A stretch of DNA of 64,000 bases, from NCBI RefSeq assembly GCF_041248615.1, contig NZ_CP158426.1; one strand, 5' to 3'. The number at the start of each line of letters is the position of its first letter. The stretch's first letter is position 1. The notes beneath the pieces were generated by a model. The model was not told the origin of the DNA. It ran no database searches and saw only the letters and a program-made list of their open reading frames with translations. Position numbers and translations under genes: made by a program. Source of the DNA: Escherichia coli (GTDB lineage: Bacteria; Pseudomonadota; Gammaproteobacteria; Enterobacterales; Enterobacteriaceae). This document shows, in pieces, positions 54,850 through 64,000 of this stretch.

Positions 54850-57800
54850 TTTACGCTCTCCTGTACCTGGTCATTGCCTTCGCCATCTAACCAGTCAATG
54901 TTCTTCATCTTACGCACCACAACAAACTCATCGCGGTTAGAACCTACGGTGCCGTAGTAGTTAAAGCCGTATGCCAGATGGGCATAGCCGCCAATCATAT
55001 GCGTCGGTTTCGGCGTGATACGGGTGACCGAGTTATGGATACCACCACGCTGTTGGGTAATTTCCGAACCCGGCAGGTTAACGATACGTTCCTGCGCGTG
55101 GTACATCATGGTCATCCCTGCCGGAACACGCTGGCTGACAACCGCACGGGCAGTCAGTGCACCGTTGCTGTTGAAGACTTCAATCCAGTCGTTATCGGCG
55201 ATACCCAGCTCTTTGGCATCGGCTTCACTCAACCAGACCACCGGACCACCGCGACCTAAAGTCAGCATCAGCAGGTTGTCGCTGTAGGTGGAGTGGATAC
55301 CCCACTTCTGGTGCGGCGTCAGGAAGTTGAGCGCTTTTTCCGGGTTACCGTTAGATTTCTGGCCCATCACCTCTTTTACCGAACGGGTGTCGATTGGCGG
55401 GCGATAAACCAGCAGGCTTTCACCGAAATCACGCATCCACTGGTGATCCTGATACAGCTGCTGACGGCCAGAGAGCGTACGCCATGGGATCAGCTCGTGA
55501 ACGTTGGTGTAACCGGCGTTGTAAGAAACGTGTTCATCTTCAAGGCCAGACCAGGTCGGGCTGGAGATGATTTTGCGCGGCTGTGCCTGAATATCGCGGA
55601 AGCGAATCTTCTCGTCTTCTTTATTCAGCGCCAGATGCGTATGGTCACGACCGGTAAACTCGCTCAGGGCAGCCCAGGCTTTCACGGCTACCTGACCGTT
55701 GGTTTCCGGTGCCAGCGTCAGGATCATCTCTGCCGCATCAATTGCGGTGTTCAGCATGGGCTGGCCTTTTGCCGGACCTTCCGCTTTGGTGTAGTTGAGC
55801 TTACGCAGCAGATCCATCTCGCTCTGGGTGTTCCAGGCAATCCCTTTACCGCCGTTACCGATTTTCTCCATCAGCGGGCCGATAGAGGTAAAGCGTTCGT
55901 AAGTTGCCGGATAATCGCGCTCTACGACCATAATGTGCGGTGCAGTTTTACCTGGGATCAGGTCGCATTCGCCTTTTTTCCAGTCTTTCACATCCAGCGG
56001 TTGCGCCAGTTCAGCGGCAGAGTCGTGCTGGATAGGCAGCGTGACGATGTCAGTTTCTTTACCCAGATGACCAACGCACACTTCGGAGAATTTCTTCGCG
56101 ATGGCTTTGTAGATTTCCCAGTCGCTTTTCGCTTCCCAGGCCGGATCGACCGCCGCAGACAGCGGGTGAATAAACGGATGCATATCCGAAGTATTCATGT
56201 CGTCTTTTTCGTACCAGGTCGCCGTCGGCAAAATGATGTCGGAATAGAGACAGGTGCTCGACAGACGGAAGTCCAGCGTCACCACCAGATCCAGCTTGCC
56301 TTCCAGACCGTTGTCCTGCCAGTCCACTTCTTCCGGCTTCACGCCGCCCTGCTGCCCCAGGTCTTTGCCCTGGATACCGTGCTCCGTCCCCAGCAGGTAC
56401 TTGAGCATAAACTCATGACCTTTACCGGAAGAACCGAGCAGGTTAGAACGCCAGATGAACAGGTTACGCGGGTGGTTTTTACCGTTTTCTGGTTGTTCTG
56501 CCGCAAAACGGATAGAACCCTCTTTCAGGGATTTCACGGTGTAATCCACCGGATTCATGCCCGCTTTTTTCGCTTCGCCAGCGATAGTTAGCGGGTTAGT
56601 GCCTAACTGCGGCGCAGACGGCAGCCAGCCCATACGTTCTGCACGGACGTTAAAGTCGATCAGATGTCCGGTATAACGGGATTTATCCGCCATCGGCGAC
56701 AACAACTCTTCTGCGGTCACGGTTTCATAACGCCACTGGCTGGAGTGGTTATAGAAATAAGAGGTGCTGTTCATGTGACGCGCCGGACGCTGCCAGTCAA
56801 GAGCAAACGCCAGCGGCTGCCAGCCGGTTTGCGGACGCAGTTTTTCCTGACCTACATAGTGCGCCCAGCCACCACCGCTCTGACCTACACAGCCGCAGAA
56901 AATCAGCATGTTGATCAGACCACGATAGTTCATATCGAGGTGATACCAGTGGTTCAGCCCCGCACCGACGATAATCATCGAACGACCGTGGGTTTTATCA
57001 GCGTTATCGGCAAATTCACGGGCGATGCGAATAATCTGGCTGCGAGAAACGCCGGTAATCTGCTCGGCCCACGCAGGGGTGTAAGCTTTCACATCGTCGT
57101 AGCTGGTTGCGCAGTTAACGTCGTTCAGGCCACGTTCCAGACCATAGTTTGCCAGCGTCAGATCGTAAACGGTGGTCACCAGAGCGGTGCAGCCATCAGC
57201 CAGTTGCAGGCGTTTCACCGGCAGCTTGTGCAGCAGAATGTTTTCCAGTTCCACTTTGTTGAAGTGTTCAGTGCCGTCGCCACCAAAGTACGGGAAGCCC
57301 ACCTCAGCGATCTCATCCTGGCTACCCAGCAGGCTCAGTTGCAGCTCGGTTTCTTCGCCAGTTTTGCCGTCGCGCTGTTCAAGATTCCATTTGCCCTTCT
57401 CGCCCCAGCGGAAGCCAATAGAACCGTTCGGCGCAACCATTTCGCCATTGGTATTAAAGGCGACAGTTTTCCATTCCGGATTGTTTTCCTGGCCCAGCGC
57501 ATCCACCAGATCAGCAGCGCGCAGCATACGACCTGCGGCGTAGTAACCGTCGCGTTCTTCCAGCATCACCAGCATCGGCATGTCGGTGTAGCGACGCACA
57601 TAGTCGGTGAAATACTGGCTTGGGTTGTCGAGGTGGAATTCACGCAGCATTACGTGGCCCATCGCCAGCGCCATTGCCGCATCGGTGCCCTGTTTCGGTG
57701 CCAGCCACAGATCGCACAGTTTGGCGATTTCAGCGTAGTCTGGCGTGACGGCAACAGTTTTGGTGCCTTTGTAACGCACTTCAGTAAAGAAGTGAGCATC

Positions 57801-58589
57801 CGGGGTACGCGTCTGCGGCACGTTTGAACCCCAGGCGATGATGTAGCTGGAGTTGTACCAGTCAGCAGATTCCGGTACGTCAGTCTGCTCGCCCCAGGTT
57901 TGCGGAGACGCAGGAGGCAGGTCGCAGTACCAGTCGTAGAAGCTTAAGCAAGTACCGCCAAGCAGCGAGAGATAACGCGCGCCGGAAGCGTAAGAAACCA
58001 TCGACATTGCCGGAATTGGCGAGAAGCCAGCGACGCGGTCCGGGCCGTAGTTTTTGATGGTGTAAACGTTAGAGGCGGCGATCAGTTCATTCACTTCCTG
58101 CCAGGAAGAACGAACAAAACCACCGCGTCCACGCGCCTGCTTAAAGCTTTTCGCTTTATCGGCGTCTTCAATGATAGAAGCCCATGCCTCAACTGGATCG
58201 CTATGCAGCGCTTTCGCTTCACGCCACATTTTCATCAGGCGTTTGCGCATCATCGGGTATTTCAGGCGGTTGGCGCTGTAAAGATACCAGGAGTAGCTGG
58301 CACCGCGCGGGCAGCCGCGAGGTTCATGGTTTGGCAGGTCCGGGCGAGTACGCGGATAGTCAGTCTGCTGGGTTTCCCAGGTCACCAGACCGTTTTTGAC
58401 GTAGATTTTCCAGCTGCAGGAGCCGGTGCAGTTTACCCCGTGGGTAGAGCGGACGATTTTGTCATGCTGCCAACGCTGGCGATATCCATCCTCCCAGTCA
58501 CGGTTGGTATTGAGAAGCTGGCCATGCCCATCGGCAAAGGTTTCACCCTTCTGTTTGAAGTAGCGAAACCGGTCCAGGAATTTACTCAT
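54846..58589 (-). CDS. narG: Respiratory nitrate reductase 1 alpha subunit (molybdopterin)
   Basis: 1247-aa ORF MSKFLDRFRYFKQKGETFADGHGQ... Confidence 0.97.
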   Translation of the reverse strand: MSKFLDRFRYFKQKGETFADGHGQLLNTNRDWEDGYRQRWQHDKIVRSTHGVNCTGSCSWKIYVKNGLVTWETQQTDYPRTRPDLPNHEPRGCPRGASYSWYLYSANRLKYPMMRKRLMKMWREAKALHSDPVEAWASIIEDADKAKSFKQARGRGGFVRSSWQEVNELIAASNVYTIKNYGPDRVAGFSPIPAMSMVSYASGARYLSLLGGTCLSFYDWYCDLPPASPQTWGEQTDVPESADWYNSSYIIAWGSNVPQTRTPDAHFFTEVRYKGTKTVAVTPDYAEIAKLCDLWLAPKQGTDAAMALAMGHVMLREFHLDNPSQYFTDYVRRYTDMPMLVMLEERDGYYAAGRMLRAADLVDALGQENNPEWKTVAFNTNGEMVAPNGSIGFRWGEKGKWNLEQRDGKTGEETELQLSLLGSQDEIAEVGFPYFGGDGTEHFNKVELENILLHKLPVKRLQLADGCTALVTTVYDLTLANYGLERGLNDVNCATSYDDVKAYTPAWAEQITGVSRSQIIRIAREFADNADKTHGRSMIIVGAGLNHWYHLDMNYRGLINMLIFCGCVGQSGGGWAHYVGQEKLRPQTGWQPLAFALDWQRPARHMNSTSYFYNHSSQWRYETVTAEELLSPMADKSRYTGHLIDFNVRAERMGWLPSAPQLGTNPLTIAGEAKKAGMNPVDYTVKSLKEGSIRFAAEQPENGKNHPRNLFIWRSNLLGSSGKGHEFMLKYLLGTEHGIQGKDLGQQGGVKPEEVDWQDNGLEGKLDLVVTLDFRLSSTCLYSDIILPTATWYEKDDMNTSDMHPFIHPLSAAVDPAWEAKSDWEIYKAIAKKFSEVCVGHLGKETDIVTLPIQHDSAAELAQPLDVKDWKKGECDLIPGKTAPHIMVVERDYPATYERFTSIGPLMEKIGNGGKGIAWNTQSEMDLLRKLNYTKAEGPAKGQPMLNTAIDAAEMILTLAPETNGQVAVKAWAALSEFTGRDHTHLALNKEDEKIRFRDIQAQPRKIISSPTWSGLEDEHVSYNAGYTNVHELIPWRTLSGRQQLYQDHQWMRDFGESLLVYRPPIDTRSVKEVMGQKSNGNPEKALNFLTPHQKWGIHSTYSDNLLMLTLGRGGPVVWLSEADAKELGIADNDWIEVFNSNGALTARAVVSQRVPAGMTMMYHAQERIVNLPGSEITQQRGGIHNSVTRITPKPTHMIGGYAHLAYGFNYYGTVGSNRDEFVVVRKMKNIDWLDGEGNDQVQESVK

Positions 58590-58680
58590 CGGTTTTCTCC
58601 TGTGGGAGCCTGTCGGCCCTCTGATAAATCGACATTGCTAATGTTTAAGGGCAAGGTAACGCTCTGAAACAGCGTGAGAA

Positions 58681-58694
58681 TTGATAACGATCAA
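58681..58694. promoter_or_regulatory. FNR box (TTGAT-AACG-ATCAA) in the narG promoter
   Basis: Perfect consensus FNR palindrome about 100 bp upstream of the narG ATG; a NarL heptamer-like TACCCCT lies further upstream near 58733..58740. Confidence 0.75.
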
Positions 58695-58983
58695 GAGTGA
58701 TGGGGATGAAAAATAAAGTAAATTCCTAAGATACCCCTTTAGGATAATTAACAGCCACCACATAACAGACTGTAAATTAAGACGTTTTATACCTGTAGTT
58801 ATTTAAACTATTAAGATTTTTATGCAGATGGGTATTAAGGAGTATTCCCCATGGGTAACATATTAATGGCTCTTAATGAAATCCGGCGAAATAAGCCACT
58901 CACACATAAGTATGTTGTAACTAAACGACAGATAAAAAAAAGCGCGACATCATGCCGCGCAAAGGATAATCAAATATTAAGAT

Positions 58984-60375
58984 TTATTTTTTAGAATGCC
59001 GACCATATACCGCCCAGGTAATCACCACGCAGGCGATATAGAAAATCAAAAATACCTTCATTGCGCCGACTGGCGAACCCGTTAATGCCAGCGAGCTACC
59101 AAACGCTTTCGGGATAAAGAAGCCACCAATAGCGCCAATCGCAGAGATGAAACCCAGCGCCGCCGCCGTGTCGGTTGCCGCTTCACGCATCGCTCGTTCG
59201 TCAGAACCCCCTTCTGCTTTCACGCGATCCATTGTCAGTTTACGGAAGATCACGGAAATCATCTGGAAAGTGGAACCACTACCCAGCCCAGCTGTCAGGA
59301 ACAGCGCCAGGAAGACTGCGAAGAACGCCATGAAGCTTCCGCCCTGCCCGTCAGTCGGTAAGGTCAGGAACAGCAGGCCGCTGAAAATCGCCATCAGGAT
59401 AAAGTTCACCAGTGTGACACGAGTTCCGCCCAGACGGTCAGATAATGCACCACCTGCAGAACGCGCCAGCGCACCAATAAACGGCCCGAAGAAAGCGTAT
59501 TGCAGAATCTGAACATCCGGGAACTGCGTTTTTGACAGCATCGCAAAGCCCGCGGAGAAGCCGATGAAGGAGCCGAAGGTTGCCAGATACAGCAGGCTCA
59601 TAATCCACAGATGACCCCGTTTGAGTACCGGCAACTGCTCCTTGATGGAGGCTTTCGAGGTAGCAAGATCGTTCATGCCAAACCACGCCGCAATGGTGAA
59701 GATGGCAAGGAACGGCACCCATACCCAGGACGCATTCGCCAGATACAGCTCAGTCCCATCCGGCTGTTTGACACCCTGGCTACCAAATACTGCGAAAATC
59801 GACAGTGATACCACCAGCGGAGCAACCAACTGCATGACGCTGACGCCCATGTTGCCCAGACCACCATTCAGGCCCAGCGCGCCACCCTGCTTCTGTTTCG
59901 GAAAGAAGAAGCTGATGTTTGCCATACTCGATGCGAAGTTCGCGCCAGCAAAGCCGCACAGCAGAGAGATGATGATGAAGACGCTATAAGGCGTGGAGGT
60001 ATCCTGCACGGCAAAACCCAGCCAGACGCAAGGAATAATCAGAATACCAGTGCTGAACGCCGTCCAGCGACGACCACCGAAGATAGGAACCATAAAGGAG
60101 TATGGAACACGTAATAACGCGCCAGAAACCGAAGGCAGCGCAGTCAACATAAATAGCTGATCGGTCGTAAAATTAAAACCGACTTTCGGTAAGTTCACCG
60201 CAACAGCGCTGAACAACATCCATACGCAAAACGCCAGCAGCAGACAGGGAACGGAAATCCACAGGTTGCGGCTGGCAATACGTTGACCGCGTTGTTGCCA
60301 GAACGCAGGATCTTCCGGTCGCCAATCTGTAATGACAGCTCCAGTAGCCCTTTCGGGGGCGGATGAGTGACTCAT
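58984..60375 (-). CDS. narK: Nitrate/nitrite transporter NarK (MFS)
   Basis: 463-aa product starting MSHSSAPERATGAVITDWRPEDPAFW...; track ORF begins two codons upstream at an alternative start. Confidence 0.95.
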   Translation of the reverse strand: MSHSSAPERATGAVITDWRPEDPAFWQQRGQRIASRNLWISVPCLLLAFCVWMLFSAVAVNLPKVGFNFTTDQLFMLTALPSVSGALLRVPYSFMVPIFGGRRWTAFSTGILIIPCVWLGFAVQDTSTPYSVFIIISLLCGFAGANFASSMANISFFFPKQKQGGALGLNGGLGNMGVSVMQLVAPLVVSLSIFAVFGSQGVKQPDGTELYLANASWVWVPFLAIFTIAAWFGMNDLATSKASIKEQLPVLKRGHLWIMSLLYLATFGSFIGFSAGFAMLSKTQFPDVQILQYAFFGPFIGALARSAGGALSDRLGGTRVTLVNFILMAIFSGLLFLTLPTDGQGGSFMAFFAVFLALFLTAGLGSGSTFQMISVIFRKLTMDRVKAEGGSDERAMREAATDTAAALGFISAIGAIGGFFIPKAFGSSLALTGSPVGAMKVFLIFYIACVVITWAVYGRHSKK

Positions 60376-60434
60376 AGACACCTCTGATACTCGTTTCGAT
60401 GTCTGCCACCTTAGTGTCTATAGCTAAAGGCAAT

Positions 60435-60448
60435 TTGATGTAAATCAA
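60435..60448. promoter_or_regulatory. FNR box (TTGAT-GTAA-ATCAA) in the narK promoter
   Basis: Perfect consensus FNR palindrome 60-75 bp upstream of the narK ATG. Confidence 0.7.
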
Positions 60449-60713
60449 ACGATAAGATAACTTTATCTATCATTGATATTTATCATTACCCATAGTGAGT
60501 ACAGTGATTTCATAAAAATTATGAGATTTTTCACGGTGCTGTAAAATCCCTACCCTTACCGATGTAAAGCGACTAACCACGCGGCAAATAAGGAGTAACT
60601 CTTTCCGGGTATGGGTATACTTCATCCAATAGCCGAGAATACTGCCATTCCAGAATGTATCGTCACATTCATTAAGGTTATTGCTCATTTAAAGCCTGAA
60701 GGAAGAGGTTTAC

Positions 60714-62510
60714 ATGCTTAAACGTTGTCTCTCTCCGCTCACCCTGGTTAATCAGGTTGCGCTTATTGTGTTGCTTTCTACTGCTATTGGACTGGCAGGG
60801 ATGGCAGTTTCTGGCTGGCTAGTGCAAGGCGTTCAGGGCAGCGCCCATGCGATCAACAAAGCGGGATCGCTGCGCATGCAAAGTTACCGTCTGTTGGCAG
60901 CAGTGCCATTAAGCGAGAAAGACAAGCCCTTAATTAAAGAGATGGAACAAACAGCATTTAGCGCCGAATTAACCCGAGCAGCAGAACGAGACGGACAACT
61001 GGCGCAATTACAGGGTTTACAAGATTACTGGCGTAATGAACTGATCCCTACGCTGATGCGTGCACAAAACCGCGAAACGGTGTCAGCGGATGTCAGCCAG
61101 TTTGTTGCCGGGCTTGATCAGCTGGTATCTGGTTTTGACCGCACCACGGAAATGCGCATTGAGACAGTGGTACTGGTCCATCGGGTAATGGCGGTATTTA
61201 TGGCACTTTTACTGGTGTTCACTATTATCTGGTTGCGGGCGCGATTGCTACAACCGTGGCGGCAACTGCTGGCAATGGCGAGTGCCGTCAGCCATCGCGA
61301 TTTTACCCAACGCGCAAACATCAGCGGGCGCAACGAAATGGCGATGCTTGGAACTGCATTGAACAATATGTCTGCAGAACTGGCCGAAAGTTATGCCGTA
61401 CTTGAGCAGCGGGTTCAGGAGAAAACTGCCGGGCTGGAGCATAAAAATCAGATCCTCTCTTTTTTATGGCAGGCTAACCGCCGTTTGCATTCCCGCGCCC
61501 CGCTGTGTGAACGCCTGTCACCTGTACTCAACGGCTTACAGAATTTAACCCTGCTACGTGATATCGAACTGCGGGTGTATGACACTGATGATGAAGAGAA
61601 TCATCAGGAGTTTACCTGCCAGCCAGATATGACTTGTGATGATAAAGGCTGCCAGCTCTGCCCGCGCGGCGTATTACCCGTTGGCGATCGCGGCACAACC
61701 CTGAAGTGGCGGCTGGCTGACTCTCATACGCAGTACGGTATTTTGCTGGCGACCCTGCCGCAGGGGCGTCATCTTAGCCATGATCAACAACAACTGGTGG
61801 ATACCCTGGTTGAACAACTCACCGCCACGCTGGCGTTGGATCGCCATCAGGAACGTCAGCAACAGTTGATCGTGATGGAAGAGCGTGCCACCATTGCGCG
61901 CGAACTGCATGATTCTATTGCCCAATCTCTCTCTTGCATGAAGATGCAGGTGAGTTGTTTACAGATGCAGGGCGATGCGCTGCCAGAAAGCAGCCGCGAA
62001 CTGTTAAGTCAGATCCGTAACGAACTGAATGCATCCTGGGCGCAGTTGCGTGAATTGCTCACCACATTCCGCTTGCAGCTCACCGAGCCTGGATTACGTC
62101 CGGCGCTGGAAGCGAGTTGCGAAGAGTACAGCGCCAAATTTGGCTTCCCGGTGAAGCTGGATTATCAATTGCCGCCTCGTCTGGTGCCCTCGCATCAGGC
62201 AATCCACTTGTTGCAAATTGCCCGTGAGGCATTAAGTAACGCCCTCAAACATTCGCAAGCGAGTGAGGTCGTGGTGACGGTGGCGCAAAACGATAATCAG
62301 GTCAAACTGACCGTCCAGGATAACGGCTGCGGCGTGCCTGAAAATGCCATCCGCAGCAATCACTACGGCATGATAATAATGCGCGACCGTGCGCAAAGTT
62401 TACGAGGCGATTGCCGCGTCCGCCGTCGTGAATCAGGTGGCACCGAAGTGGTGGTCACCTTTATTCCCGAAAAAACTTTCACAGACGTCCAAGGAGATAC
62501 CCATGAGTAA
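60714..62510 (+). CDS. narX: Nitrate/nitrite sensor histidine kinase NarX
   Basis: 598-aa ORF with two TM helices flanking a periplasmic sensor, HAMP, and HisKA_3 / ATPase domains (ELHDSIAQ). Confidence 0.96.
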
Positions 62511-63153
62511 TCAGGAACCGGCTACTATCCTGCTGATCGACGATCACCCGATGCTGCGAACTGGCGTAAAACAGCTTATCAGTATGGCACCAGATATCAC
62601 CGTGGTTGGCGAAGCGAGTAATGGCGAACAGGGTATTGAACTGGCGGAATCTCTTGATCCCGATTTGATCCTGTTAGATCTCAATATGCCCGGCATGAAC
62701 GGTCTGGAAACGCTGGATAAACTGCGCGAAAAGTCCCTCTCCGGGCGCATTGTGGTATTCAGCGTTTCTAACCATGAAGAAGATGTGGTCACCGCACTGA
62801 AACGCGGCGCGGATGGCTATCTGTTAAAAGATATGGAACCGGAAGATCTGCTGAAAGCGTTACATCAGGCAGCTGCTGGCGAAATGGTATTAAGCGAAGC
62901 ATTAACGCCTGTTCTGGCCGCCAGCTTGCGTGCTAACCGTGCCACTACTGAGCGCGATGTTAACCAGTTAACCCCACGCGAGCGCGATATTCTCAAGCTG
63001 ATTGCCCAGGGTTTGCCGAACAAGATGATTGCCCGCCGCCTGGACATCACCGAAAGCACAGTAAAAGTGCACGTCAAACACATGCTGAAGAAAATGAAGC
63101 TCAAGTCTCGCGTGGAAGCAGCGGTATGGGTGCATCAGGAGCGCATTTTCTGA
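62503..63153 (+). CDS. narL: Nitrate/nitrite response regulator NarL
   Basis: 216-aa product starting [22 protein letters not shown]... with LuxR-type HTH C-terminus; GGAG Shine-Dalgarno before the ATG at 62503; overlaps the narX stop. Confidence 0.96.
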
Positions 63154-64000
63154 TTACGGTTCCCAGCGCAGTTCGTCGTTTGACAATGCATCGAACGGTT
63201 CGACAAGCGTTAGCGTGATCTCATTGGAGGAGACACGCTGCCCCTGGTTATCTTCCACCACCACCGACAATCGCCAGTGATTGCTTGCCCCTTCCCCGTT
63301 CTGCCAGTCAGGCATGATCAGCGTCCAGCCCTCCGCGCTGTTGGCTTGTGCGCCCGGCGTCAAACTTAATATCTGCGTATCGCCCTGCCAAATCAGTTGC
63401 CGAATACCGTAACGACTGCGGATTTGTAATTTCAGCGGCACTGTTTCGCCAGGTTTTAGATCCCACGGAGGTGTCGCCAGAAACACCGTTAACGTTTTTC
63501 GCTGTCGGTACTCAAGAGTCGGTAGATTATTTCGCTGCGGATTGTCATAGCGACTACCACGTAACGACTGACTTTCGGCAACCTCGCCCGCAGAAAGTTG
63601 TTTTTTGAGCGGTACACCAAAGCGGTAATTAAGATTCAGCCCGAGGTTATTTTGATTTTCGCCACTTTCACCCTGTTTATGCTGGGCCGTCACAGTGACT
63701 AATGGCACTGGGGTGTAATTTAATCCCAGACTCAACGCGACGGGATTGTGATAACCCGTACCAGAGTTAAACAAATCAACACGATCACCAAAATACTGTT
63801 CTACGCTGACACTGGTATTGAGGTGTTGATAGAACGGCATGCGCATCCGGGCTGTCAGGTCGTACCCGCGCGCCATCCGTTGTTCCTGCGTGGCTGTCTG
63901 TTCGTGCCATGCAGCAAACGGCTGGTAAAAGTTTGCCGATAGTCGCAAATATTCGCCCCACGCTTCGGCACCAAAGCCCGCTCGCTGAAGATTTTCGTCC
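63154..64000 (-). CDS. ychO: Putative invasin-like outer membrane protein YchO, partial (N-terminus beyond the window end)
   Basis: Reverse-strand ORF open to the window edge, convergent with narL; K-12 synteny places ychO here; the track only shows an internal-Met fragment. Confidence 0.7.
   Translation of the reverse strand, partial: DENLQRAGFGAEAWGEYLRLSANFYQPFAAWHEQTATQEQRMARGYDLTARMRMPFYQHLNTSVSVEQYFGDRVDLFNSGTGYHNPVALSLGLNYTPVPLVTVTAQHKQGESGENQNNLGLNLNYRFGVPLKKQLSAGEVAESQSLRGSRYDNPQRNNLPTLEYRQRKTLTVFLATPPWDLKPGETVPLKLQIRSRYGIRQLIWQGDTQILSLTPGAQANSAEGWTLIMPDWQNGEGASNHWRLSVVVEDNQGQRVSSNEITLTLVEPFDALSNDELRWEP

Noticed and set aside
54978-57827. Long plus-strand ORFs inside narG (54978..55259, 55293..56591 at 432 aa, 56664..57827 at 387 aa)
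   Set aside because: Entirely antisense to the 1247-aa narG frame, which is full length and clearly homologous to a known protein; long antisense ORFs are expected by chance in GC-rich coding DNA.

Overview
The window is a largely syntenic Escherichia coli-type core chromosomal segment, in reverse orientation relative to the K-12 map as I recall it. Gene order is acnA (partial), three small ORFs, cysB, topA, yciN, sohB, yciK, btuR, rluB, yciQ, yciO, trpH, trpLEDCBA, yciGFE, ompW, yciCBA, tonB, yciI, kch, clsA, yciU, oppFDCBA, ychE, adhE, tdk, hns, galU, rssBA, ychJ, purU, tyrT-tyrV, narIJHG, narK, narXL and ychO (partial). All large core genes look full length with no frameshifts, and identities were assigned from the supplied translations matching well-known E. 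coli proteins plus conserved synteny. Three accessory insertions interrupt this backbone. (1) A complete 768-bp IS1 with a perfect 9-bp target-site duplication lies between cysB and the small ORFs upstream of acnA. (2) An IS200-like (IS200/IS605 family) element with an intact Y1 transposase lies between yciN and sohB. (3) A roughly 1.4-kb visibly AT-rich two-gene islet lies between btuR and rluB, encoding a 333-aa predicted lipoprotein and a 102-aa partner that I cannot assign to any family. The islet is the best candidate for an undescribed system, but its function cannot be inferred from sequence alone. Classic regulatory elements are directly recognisable: the trp promoter/operator, trpL leader and attenuator, the tyrT promoter, FNR boxes at narG, narK and ompW, and several intrinsic terminators. 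No CRISPR array, rRNA or prophage is visible. No database search or computation was run; statements about what K-12 contains are from memory.
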